Assembly: GCA_036172245.1 (NCBI GenBank) | Contig: JAYWIR010000024.1 | Span: 1,302,001 to 1,366,000, forward strand | Length of the DNA: 64,000 nt | Origin: Raillietiella orientalis | Lineage: Eukaryota | Direction: 5' to 3' | Shown: positions 1 through 11,176 of the stretch, one piece after another | Layout of the letters: every line of letters begins with the position of its first letter | Numbering within the stretch: the first letter of the stretch is position 1 | Notes under the pieces: model-generated | Databases searched by the model: none | Told to the model about the DNA's origin: nothing | Seen by the model: the letters and a program-made list of their open reading frames with translations, nothing else | Position numbers and translations under genes: made by a program

Positions 1-950
1 ATACCTCGCTCAGGACTCGCCCGGGCGGTGCTGCCCATCGGGCCGAGCCTCGACCATCGGCGGAGCCGCGGGCTGGCGGTCTTCTTCTGGGACAGCCCAG
101 CTACGCGGCCGCGCGGAGGGCGCCCTGGCAGGTGCTCCCAGATAGCAGACGCCCTGGCTGTGCTGGGCTCCCGAAGGCACCTCGTTGGCGCCTTCGGGCG
201 CACCATCCCAAGTCTCTCTACGGCGGTTGGTTTCTCGTTTGCCTGGCTGAGCTGTCCCGTCGCTGTCTGGTCGTGCAGCTCGCACTGCACCTGACCGATC
301 CCAGGACGGCGGCTGGGGGGCGGTCCGTGCTCTTCGGCCGTTCTTGAAAGCCTCGTCCGCCAAGGCACGTTCGACGCGGCCGTGACGCGGAAGCCCGCAG
401 TGCGCGCAATCCTCGGCGCAGCCACGCTCCGCACTCCCTGATCACCGGCGAGAAGCCGTGGCCACACGCTCGACCACGCGGAGACCCCAGCCACCTCCCC
501 GATCAGGGCAGCGGACCTCGGACCGTCCGCGACACCGCCGAAGAAGCCGCGTCTGGGATGAGGTGCCGAGTCGGATCGCTGCGTGCGGCGCCCTCTCGTG
601 CGCGCCCAGCGGCGTGCTCCACAACCGGTCGAAGGCACCGACGCAAGGGGTCTCTTGTGAGCGTCGCCGCCGGCCCCTCGGGAGCACCCCTGGGGCGCTG
701 GGAAGTGCTCGGGAAAGGAGGCGGACCCGAGGCGGGCTCTGCGGCAGCCGTACGAAGAGGTGAGCTGGCGATCCTGCGGCTGCACCTCGCCGAAGCGGTG
801 CGTCTGGCGATTGTCCCCGGCAACCAGGGCAGCCACCCGATCGATGAAGGGGCCTCCCGAACCACCGGCGGCGGAGGAGGGCTGGCGCCGACTGAAGGGA
901 GCGGCCCTTCAGGATTTTTGCGAGTGGCGCCAACAGCTCCGTACGGACGG
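1..950 (+). mobile_element. Decayed L1/Tx1-like non-LTR retrotransposon ORF2, APE endonuclease/linker region
   Basis: Frameshifted remnants GLAVFFW (GVAIL-like) and PLGRWEVL (GRWKLN-like). It is the inverted copy of 22960-23860, whose continuation carries the APE QET(H/F)L motif. Confidence 0.6.
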
Positions 951-1649
951 GGCGAGAAGATGGGCGGAGCGCGAAGATAGTGGCGAATTCGTTCTTCGCG
1001 GTGGCTCCGTTCCGTCAGCAAACGCCGGGAGCAACGCAGGGTGTTGGGAATTTCCCGACTGGCTCGCTTTGCCTCGCTCGGGACTCCTAAGAATCCCCGT
1101 GTAGTTCACGCAGGGGTGTGTGGGAACGAAAGGGAAAATGGCGCGCGCGTTTTCCTCTTCCGCACGCCGGGTGACCTGGTTCGGAGAGAGGGGGGGAGGG
1201 CTCTCCCGCCAGTGGCGTGCGCGCTTTAGCGGCGCCCGCGAACGGACTCTCGGGACCGGAGCAAACTCCGCGTGCTGCCGGAAATCTCCGCCGAGCATCC
1301 CAAGCGCGCGTCTTAGGGAACACTTCCCCCAGGCTCGCCCGACGGCATCAGAACGAAGAGGGGGCGGCCTCCGGTTCGGCGGGGTGGAGGGGGGGCGTCA
1401 CTCCCCGAACCGCCTAGGGACGCGACCCGCGGAGGGACCCTCCATCCGCCATGCGGCATGCGGGGCGACTTCGCCACAGCGAGCGAGAGAACGGAGTTTA
1501 TTGCTTTCGCGTTCTGTCGACCGCGGGAGAGCGCGCGCGCGCATGAGCGTCCGCCGCGCCGCGCCGCGCCGAAAAAGGAAACGATACGTGGAAGAAAAAG
1601 GACGAGCGCGAGCTCTGGAAAGACATTCCTAGAGATGGCGTCGTAAATG

Positions 1650-1960
1650 TCCATCAAGGAAAGAATGCGGGATATCTGTTTTCCTTCTCCGTATTTCAGG
1701 AAACCATTCTCGGGAGGAAAAGCAACAGGAGCATGCCGATCGGTTATTCTTCGAAAGGAGGGGGGGGGGGGGGGAGGGGAGGAGGAAGGAAAACCCAAGG
1801 CTACAAGAGGCGCGGGGAGTTATCATGTTCGGATCAGCGCCACGGCAGATCGGTGGTCTCCATGGTGAAGCGGGGGCTGATATATTGTTGCCGGGACGTT
1901 GGGAGCTTTCGCGCGAAAGTTTTCTCCTGCCTCGGAGTCGCCGCATACATTAAGACGCCG
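1650..1960 (+). mobile_element. Possible LINE APE endonuclease N-terminal relic
   Basis: SVFQETIL followed by GYK...RHGRSVVSMVKRGL resembles the QET..L and GGGV..vK APE motifs. Interrupted by a G tract. Confidence 0.35.
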
Positions 1961-3454
1961 AAGGGAGATCGCCGAAGAACCCGCGAGACAGATTGCAGTA
2001 GCAGGAGCGTCCGACCCCGTCCTGTCCTATCGCGGCCGGGGGCGCCGAGAGGAGCAGGGAGAGGAGAGGGAAAGCCTCTTCTCGGCTGCCGCTTCTCCCC
2101 CTTCGAAAGCGGCGCCGCGCGCTCCCGGCATCCGCGTGGCATCCGACCACGTTGCCTCGGAAACGGCGGCTGACGTGGGGGGAAACCGGAGAAGCTGGAA
2201 ACGACTCTCGGCTCGCGGAAGTTTTCGGGAGAGCAACGAGCGAGAGTGCGGGGCGGCTGCGGCGGAGGAGGGCACCGGCCCAGATGCTCCGGAGGAAAAG
2301 GAGGAGAGCGGCGCGGGATGCGTGGAGACGGGATGAGGAAGTCGCGCGAGGAGCATCCAGGAGGGCGCGGGTCGAGCTCGCGAAGACTCGAAGGGGGTGC
2401 AGGGAGGGGGGAGGGGACCTGTGCAGATGGCAGGAGAGGTTTCCGTGTCTCCTGCGGGGAAGGAGCGTGTCGACGCGCCGAACGATCACTCCCGGAATTT
2501 TTTGGGGGAAAAAAAAAATAAAATGAAGTAGGAGGAAGAAGAAAGGATGCCAGGATGAAGAAACCTCGCGGGGGAGCTGGCTCGCGGGTTCGATGCTCCA
2601 GGATGCGGGTCTTCTGGCCTGGAGAATAGGGCCGAACCACCGTGGACACCTCTCTCCTGCGTTCTGCGCTTCGGGTAAGTCCCGGCGCACGGCTGGCGGT
2701 GATGGCCTCCGGCTATCGATCGATCGACGATCGACTGTCGGGGAGAAGGCACCCCCGCCTTAGCTCTTGCGCGTCGCGGGAATTTTCCCGCGGAGGGCGG
2801 CGGCGGAAGCGCCGCCCACGTGGACTGCACTCTCGCATCGCGCGCTGGAGTGGACAGGCTGAGAATGCAGCGACAGGTGCGCCGCGCGCGTTAGCCGAAC
2901 GCTGCGGGGTCTGGAGAGAGACGAACATCTGCGATGTTCCCCTCCCCCCTCGGAAACGTCGTGCGTTCCCTTCCTTGGCTTGCGGGGAACGCACGCACAC
3001 TCGCAGGATCGCTGGGGAACAGCGAGCCGGCGGTGGGATCCGTGGACGGAGGACCGCAAGGTGGCGCGTTCCAAGAGCGCGCACCCACCCCGCGAATCCT
3101 CCTCGGCCGCCGAAGAAGCGCGCGCGCACCAGCAGGGACGCGTGCGCTGGAGGAGCACACGGCGCACGCGTGCGCGCGCACCTCCCTTCCTGCCAGCGCG
3201 CGCGCGCGCGTCGAAGGCGAGGAGGACGCGTCCGAACCCCGGTGAGGAGTTTGCCCTCCAGCAGCTGCGGGAAACGCTCTCGGCTCTCGACGCTTCTTCT
3301 CGACAAGAGGAAGATTCTCGGATCCGCGCGGGTCGCGGGATGTCGCAGGGCTTGTCGACGAAATCTTCGCTCTGGAAGATTCGACTTTTCTTGTGTCTCT
3401 GATCTCCCCCTCCCTCGGAAGGAAACTCCCCGTTCCCCCACCAGCAGCTGATCC

Positions 3455-4205
3455 CGCACTGGCGGCCGCGCGCCGCTGGTTCGAAAAGCCTCCCGGAGAA
3501 GAACGAAGGGTGCGTCGTGGATTTCGAGTCCCCCACCCCCGCAAGATGACTCTGGCTGACCTGTGGCCTTTGAGTGCGGCACTGGCTCAAGCAGCCGGAA
3601 ACCGGATGCCCCCGTTGACTGACTGGCACTCCAGGGGGTCCCTCCAGGAATCAAAGAGCCCTTCGGGATTCCCTCTCCGGTTGTGAAAACGGAGCCACCG
3701 CGTACCATGGAGCTGGTCGATGCCTCTCCGGGGTGTTGAGAAGCGCACTGCTCCCATCGAAGAGCGCCCTTCAGGGAATTCGGAAGCGTCCCTTCCGGGA
3801 AGAAACTAGGAGCAGCCCCACAAACGGGGTCCGGAGAGAATAAGGAAGAGGTTCCCTACGAGGTCCCCTGCCAAGCGTAAGAGGAACGTACTCCTCTCCG
3901 AAATCTTCCCGGATTCACAGGGTTGTCCCTATGGGATCACCCCCTATCTTGACGAGTGATACGCATCCTCGGGTGGTGTGGACGGTGCTGAAGAAGAGCT
4001 TCGTGAGCCCCTCCCTACGGGGGCGAACGGTTCTTCAGCACTTGGGGACCCTTCCCGAATCCACAGGGCGTCCCTACGGGGTTGCCCCCTAACTTGAAGA
4101 GTTGCAGTGTTAAAGAGCCCCTAGGCGAACCAAAAGAAAGCAAGAAAGATGGAAGGAAAGCAGAGAAAACGGAAGAACCCCGAAAGGATTTCCGTCATCC
4201 TAGGC
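3455..4205 (+). mobile_element. Composite tRNA-headed (SINE-like) repeat, long form
   Basis: Degenerate B-box GGTTCGAAAAGCC at 3478-3490, then GTGCGGCACTGG...GATGCCCC shared with 42204-42400 and 43410-43685. The long body is shared with 35880-36340, 40740-41534 (rc) and 6210-6660 (rc). Confidence 0.6.
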
Positions 4206-5699
4206 TGGTCTGTGTGATCCCGGGTCGCTGCCCAGGCCTCTTCTTTTTGCCCCGAGCACTTTCGAATGCACTTTCGTCGACTTCGGCTCCAGGAGGAGCG
4301 TCTGCAGAAAATCAGGGAACTTTTTTCTTCCTGTCGGTTTTGTTTTTCCCGTCTGGAAGTTCACCCACGGTTTGATTCCGGACGGCCAGGGGGGGCTGTC
4401 CCCGAGGGCTATTCGCTTTCCTCAAGTTCCACGCTGGGGTCTCCTATCCTTGCTGCGTGCTCACAGCACTGTTTCACGGGATGCGAGGGACCGCTTCTTC
4501 GATCGGAAGAACTCAAAGGGCGAGAGGCTTGGTGGTGATTGAAAGACCTCTGAAACCGCAAAGTTTCCAAAAAGCTACCGGATGCGCACCCCTTCCTCGC
4601 GAAACTATAGGCCAGACTGCCACATTTTCTTAACAGCGGGAGAAGAAACGGCAGTGGGAGAGGATCCCGCAAACCACGTCTTCGCTGCGAAAGAGCAGGC
4701 GGGATGAAATGATAATTGGACAGACGTCATTAACCTGGCATTCGAGAGCGGAGAGCACGCTGCAGCGAGCGTTTGAATTTCCAGTTTTAATTTTCTGGAG
4801 CGGCGAACAGATGTCGAGCAGCTCTGGGAGCCGGGAACGGGAGTCGGGCTTGGATCGGATGATGCCTCGCCTTCCTGCTGCCTGCAGCTCTCCTGCCTCC
4901 TTTTGCCTGCACCGAAACAGCGGATCTGGCAGGGATGATGTCGATCGCCATCCGTGTTCCTGTTGGGGAAGTAGAAGAGTAAAAAGCACTTCCCGCTGTC
5001 ACACCGAGCTCTGGGCCCGAGAGCGTTCCGCGAGATTAGAGGAGAACAGTTAGGTATTTGTTTTCCGCCGTCATTGCGACAGCCCTTCAGATGGTGGTGT
5101 ACGTGAAACACGGCTACAAACAAACGCGCCAAACTTCGGAAACAACAGGCAGAGGTCATTATCTAAGACAGCCCGTATTTGTTTCTCTGAACTCTTTGTT
5201 CCGGGACTGAAAAACGAGAACTTCGGGATCAAACAATGGCAATTATGTGGAATGATGCATTAATTGGTGTTCCGGATTATAGATTGAACGCCTAGGAGGA
5301 TGGTGGTCATTCCCTTTTATTTGATTCAATCCACCCACGTCACACCTTTTGTTATTGCTGTGAGATGGATATGCACTTATTGCTACACTCCAGGAAGAAA
5401 TGCACTTGCTCTGTACAGTTCAAAACAAATGGACCCGCTATAAAGAAGCGCGAGGTGTTTGTCTTCGTGTGTCTTTGTTCTCTCGTTACGACACTTGTCA
5501 GGGGTGAAGACACTGCTCACGTTCATCAGCACGGCTTGGCAGGGAAGAGATTTTTCCCGGTTTCCGTGCTGCGGATCTTAGATTTCAGTGCAGAGCTGGC
5601 AGTAGGAAACAGACTGGAGGAACGGGCACATCCGATTGCTTTTCTCCCGTCTCCAGGACTGCACCTTCCGCGATCCTGCATCTGCGGTGGTGATGATAG

Positions 5700-6070
5700 C
5701 AGCAGTGCGCTTTGCCGTTCTTGGAACCGGATGCCCGCCTCGGCGTTTGCCGACCCGAAAGGCTAGCGAAACCCGGAACTGGGAGCGACCCCGTGCCGGG
5801 CGGGATCGGGGAACAGAACGCGATGGAACCGCGAAGCGAGAAGAGACCGGCGATCTGTGGATCGGGACGGATGGCTGCAAATCTCCCTCTTCGTTTGTTA
5901 CAAAAGTACGGCGTGCTGGCGTCCCGGACCCCGGCGGACACTCCCGTTCGAACAGCATGCTCCCACCAGTCTTTCCAACCTGTTCTTCGAGCTACGCTCG
6001 AGAGCGCACTGGCTGCTGCGCGCCGTGGACACGAGGGCCAGCCCTCGTATCCACAACGCTGGAGCATTAC
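5700..6070 (+). mobile_element. Possible LTR-retrotransposon integrase core relic
   Basis: IGTDG and LLQKYGVLASRTPADTP resemble the integrase (S/T)DNG and GI.h..T.pytP motifs. Frameshifted, with no LTRs seen. Confidence 0.3.
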
Positions 6071-6209
6071 AGAGAGAGTTTTTTTTTTTTTTTAAAGGTC
6101 CGTAGCGATCTCATGGGGAGATGGTCATTACTGGCCTAGGATGATCGAAATCCTTGTGCGTTCCTCCCCGCTGCTTCCAGCTTTCTTTCTTTCTTTTGGT
6201 TCGTCAAGT

Positions 6210-6660
6210 ACTAAAGAACCGTTCACCTGAGGGCACACTAAGCTCTTTAACACGGTTCCATGCCACTCGGTGGTGCGTGTAACTCTCCAAGCTGGGGGGT
6301 GACCCGTAGTGACAGCCCTGTGAATTCAGGAAGGTCCCCAAGTGCTGAAGAACCGTTCGCCTCCATAGGGAGGGATAGTGAAGCTCTTCTTTAGCACTGT
6401 CCACACCACCCGAGGGCGCGTGCAACCCTTCAAGTTAGGGGGCAACCCCGTAGGGACGCCCTGTGGATTCGGGAAGGGTCCCCAAATGCTGAAGAACCGT
6501 TCGCCCCCGTAGGGAGGGGCTCACGAAGCTGTTTAAGCACCGTCCAAGCCATCCGAGGATGCGTTTGACACTTCAAGTTATAGGGAACACCCCAGGAGAG
6601 GAAGACCCCATGAATCCAGAAAGAATCCAGAGGAATGAGTGCGTTCCTCTTAATCTCGGT
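6210..6660 (-). repeat. Tandem ~135-145 bp units of the composite repeat body
   Basis: GAACCGTTC recurs at about 6216, 6350 and 6494. Segment 6428-6565 is a close reverse complement of 3961-4099. Confidence 0.75.
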
Positions 6661-8249
6661 GGGGAGCTCCGAAGAGAAATATGCAAGGTTGCGTTTCTTT
6701 ACCCTGTGCAAATCCCTGCTCTCAAAGTGCCCTGATTGGGTTCGGTTGAGGTTATCTATGCTCACCAATGAATGCTCGTCACAAGGTGAATCGGGAATGA
6801 CCCCAGCGAATTTCAAGCGAAAGTGCAAGGCTCAAAATGGATTTGTTTTCCCTGATGCTGTCCTGTGGCACGGATAGATGGGAATTCAGAACGGAAATTC
6901 GCAGCTCACGAGGAGGAACATCGGAAGGCGCTGGCATTTCCTCTCAGGGTGGACTCGAAGGAGATGGTGCTCACTGCGGAAGGTATTTGAAGGGAAAACA
7001 TTCGAGCGAATCGGTCGTGGAGAAGCATTCCGATTGATCAGCCCTCGCTTCAAGTCACTGTGGGAAACGGTTGCGAGGCGCCGCAGCAAGTGCTGTTGCT
7101 CCCATCTCCTTCCAGTTGTCCATGTAATTGTATTTCATGCTGCCAGCTCTCCTCGACTTGCGTGGGAGTCTTAGAGTTTTGAATATCGATTACCGAGACA
7201 GGAGCTCTGGTATCACCACGTCGCAATTCATCTCACGAAATGGTGAGGTTCCACCACAGCCCGCGAGTAGTTCTTTGCATCCAAACAGGAAATCGTTCGG
7301 TACGCCTCGGGGAAAAATTTATTTTCCGATCGCAGAAAACACGGAAATCCAATCTGTGATGGTTTCTCTCGTCTCTGTTCCTGTAAAGCCTGAAAGAGTG
7401 AAAGAAAAAAAAAATTTTTTTCGAGGATATCGGAATTCAAGGACAATCCCCTGACAGAAGTCAAATTAAGATCGACACGGTTGCGTACGGATTCCTGGCG
7501 AATTTCTGAATGCGCTCGAACTTTTTTTTTTTTTCTTTTTTGTTGCTGCAGGAAAAATTCTGCCGAGCAGCCGAAAACGCGAAGCGACAAGAAAGAGCGA
7601 GTCCATAAATTCAGATTTCAGAAAGAACGGTCGACGAAGGAAGAGTCTCAAAGAGCTGAAGAATTTCAACCATCATTCTCCGAGACAAGAAGCGAAGGAA
7701 AATCTGGGACGGTGGGAGAGGAAAAAATGGGTTCGTAGTAAGAAACAATTTAGGGGAAGTGGAATTAAGGATCGGCTTGTGCCAGCATTAGTATCAAAAT
7801 AGGACACATCGAAGACGAAAAGAGCACCCCGCCATTGGCTTAAATGTATGAGGCAAGCAGACATTGGGATCAGCATGGATTGTGATCATGAACTTGATTC
7901 AATGATGCCTTTCGTAGTGGTCATGAAAAACAGATTTATTGTCGAAAAATGAGGGCAGGGAGTATTCTTGAAAGTGTTTTTGGACCAACATCCTTGGAAA
8001 TGAGTTTTCGTGAAATGAGCTATGGCTTCGAATATCCTGTTTTGTTGCTGTTATTGCCGCTGAGACGTCAAACACAGGAGAAAACCGTTTCCCGTGGCAA
8101 TAACTTACATTAGAGAATGAAAAGAGTTGCTAACTTCATCATCTGCTTTTTCGCTTAATCTACAGCTAGCCAGTAAAAATGATAGAACGTTTGGTCAGTG
8201 AGGAATTGCGCTGACCAGTGCACGTTCTGCTACGGAGGACAGGGTCGCA

Positions 8250-8720
8250 GTAATCTGCGACCGGTGGTTCATGTGGCCTGGGAACACTTCACGTTGTCAG
8301 ACATGCGATGTCCGGGCACCACGCACGTCTGAGTTGGAGAGATGGTCGACTCAAGGGGTTCGGCCAGATCTTCGCCAGCCACTTGGCGTCCGTGTTCAGG
8401 ATGGAGACCGATCGCCACTGAGTGACCTTCGACAGGTTGCCTCTTTGGGGTAGCAGTTGCATCCTGCTCCCATGGAAACATTACAAGAGCTTCCATTCCA
8501 CTTGGATGCCAAGCGTGAGGTCGTGGGTCGGGCGCAGCTAGGCGTGCAGGTACCGCTGGTAGTGAGAGACGGGCACACTGTCAGGGTCTGCCATCACATC
8601 CTTGCAGAGTCCCGCGGACTCCACATCCTCGCTTCACTTCGTCCGTGGAAATCTCCTCATGTTGCTAGGTCGACAGTCGTTTTTTGCAGGAAACGCAAAA
8701 AGACTTCCTGCTCTTCTGTT
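8250..8720 (-). mobile_element. L1/Tx1-like reverse transcriptase N-terminal relic
   Basis: Minus strand reads LLPQRGNLSKVTQWRSVSILNTDAKWLAKI, then after a frameshift ISPTQTCVVPGHRMSDNV. These match the LIPK.GD....NWRPISLLN.D.K and isp.Q..fvpGR.i.DN motifs. Stops are present. Confidence 0.75.
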
Positions 8721-10213
8721 AGAGAGCACATGATAAATTCTCCCTAAGAGCGAACGTTTTCAGATTCTTTACGCGGAGAGAAAGAAAGAGTTGGAAAAGG
8801 GGACTTAGTGCAGAAAATGCGATCAGTGTCAGATCATGGGGCCAGTGAACCAGTGAACAAAGTGGTCGGTGGAAACCATGCATGGAATCATTTTTCTTTA
8901 GAAAACATCAACGAAAAATGTTCTTCCAATGCAAATGAAGATGAGTCTGACATGGATTCAGAGCTCTGTGAGCAAACTGATCCAGGAAATTTGCACACAA
9001 TAACTTCCAGGAACGCACCACGACCACCTTGAGAGTGTGGATGTGTAGCCAGTTCCTCAAAAACAGCCACTTTTCCGAATAGAACTTTTTTTAGGGAGGT
9101 GTTTTGTGGAACGAATATTTTCCCCTTCGATAAATGAAAAGATAGGATTGAAGTCAAGCTAAACCGAGTGATACTGCTGTGAAGCTTAATATGCACTGTT
9201 CAGAATCTTTTACATCTGCTAATCAAAGAAGCATTGGTATAACGAACTGTATTGCTGATTTAAAATATATGTGCCACATTAGCATCTCAACTTAAGCAAG
9301 ACGCAGATTTTTATGTTTTGATAACGAGCATTAAATTTTAGTGCGTATGTGTGTTCCTTTGGTCTCTTAATTACTTGACTGTACCTCACTGATTGCTTGA
9401 TTGCATTTGTTCCCGAAACATGGAAAATGTCTTAATATTTGACGCAACTAAAATGAAAAGTTGCTTATTCACTTCTTATAAGGATATTAAGTGAAACACT
9501 TGGTAGTCTTGTTTTCTGTAGTTTATATAAGATCGTGAGGTAGGCATGATCCTGAGGGGAAAGTAATCGCACGTGGTCGTTGCGTGGGAATGCTAAAGAT
9601 GAAATGAGTTAATTGTAGATCTGAATATTTGGAGCAGATCATTCACACAAAGAGACTGTGTTGAATAGTGATACACTAGACATTTCTGTGTCAAGAAACT
9701 ACATACATCTGTATAAAACGTAGAGTGGGAACACTGGGCGTAAGATTTGACGAGCTTAATAATTTTGAAGTGAAGTTGCAAAGTACTTGAGTTTCTTAAT
9801 AGAAGCTTAACCCTGTTGTGGTTGAAAGTATCAGGAATAAAACTTGGTGGTGTATTTTCCGAATAGGTTCGTTAGTAACGTACTGGGATGGAACAGAAAG
9901 TAATATGTGTATGATTGCAGCATCTCACACTAATGTTTTTAAATTTTGAAGCCGTATTTTTATACATGTAGCGGCAGCATTGTTTTGCAAAGTAATTGGA
10001 TAAATGTTTAATTACATATAGAAGCCATTTAAGTTTTTTGTTTCTTCATATGCATGTCTGTGATTTTGTATCTTGTGATGTAAGAATCTAAACAGTTGAT
10101 GTGATATTGGAAATTATAACCTTGTTCAGTTAGCATAACTTCCTGAAAAGCAGATTTTAAGAGATTTTGCAAGCAGTCTACGATAGTTCACATTCCATAC
10201 ATGGAATACTACA

Positions 10214-11113
10214 ATGCTAAGATGTGCATTTGAAGGATTTTTCAAACATCAGCTTTTTTCCGTGTCCAACAGTTTGTTGAGGAAAAAATTATTTGGAAAT
10301 GAAGTGTTACAATTTTACAAACAAAAATGCAGAATGCAATGTTTGTATCAGGGGTTATCATGTACCAAGGAAAATGACATAAATAAACAAGGTAATCAGT
10401 CTGTAGCCTGTAAAAAAGGGCAAAACTGGGTATCATCCATTACACCATCATTTATTATTGATTAGCACCATATACTCTTTAGAATATTAAAGAGCATATG
10501 AGGATTATCAAAAGTAAATGAAAATGTGCACAAGTTCTCAGGAATCAACTTTCTGTGAACTTCCTGTGAAAAGCAACTGTCTGGGAACTGTGCATTTTAT
10601 TTTTTCGATGGAAGTTACATAACTATATATGTTTCAGTTGTTGAAGAGGTTTCGCAACAAATTAAAGAACAACAACATGGGAGACTGTTTGCTGTTGTGT
10701 ATGTTCAAGGAAAACAGCATAAAGTTACCCCTGAGGATGTTGTTGTTGTCCAAGGTAACTGGAATCCCAAAGTAGGAGATGTCATTTACTTAGAAAAGGT
10801 AAAAGAACTAATCAGTAACAGCTTATCAAGTTATGTGCTTTAGGTTCTCTTGGTAGGTGGAAGAGATTTTACATTAATTGGACGTCCTTTGCTAAAGGGA
10901 GTGAAAATAGAAGCCACTATCATTGAAAAAACACTTACTCACAAATATACCCATTTTGTGTTTCTCAAAAGGAAAAATTACAGGAAGCTGAGATGTGAGT
11001 AAACACACACAGCCCAGTGCAACACTTTATTTTGTGTAGTTCATAGAGAACCATTAACAATGATGAGGATTAATGATATTTTGATCACAACATGTCTGCC
11101 AGAAGCTGACTAA
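10214..11113 (+). CDS. MRPL21: 39S mitochondrial ribosomal protein L21 (bL21m), 187 aa; exons 10214-10391, 10638-10798, 10844-10994, 11040-11113
   Basis: Spliced translation includes GRLFAVVYVQGKQHKVTPEDVVVV...LEKVLLVGGRDFTLIGRPLL..VKIEATIIEK...KRKNYRK..FHREPLTMMRINDI, the bL21 signature. All introns are GT-AG (246, 45, 45 bp) with consistent phases. The basic N-terminus resembles a mitochondrial presequence; exon 1 is the least certain. Confidence 0.95.
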
Positions 11114-11176
11114 GAAAAAAGCTATTGCAGCAGGAATCCACCAACTTATGTTGTCCATCTTCAATTCCAAAATAAC

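Noticed and set aside
4400..5050. Possible LINE linker relic on the minus strand (GRRGIIRSK)
   Set aside because: Only one weak motif, so it cannot be supported.
8808..9032. 74 aa acidic ORF upstream of MRPL21
   Set aside because: No recognisable domain and no convincing splice linkage.
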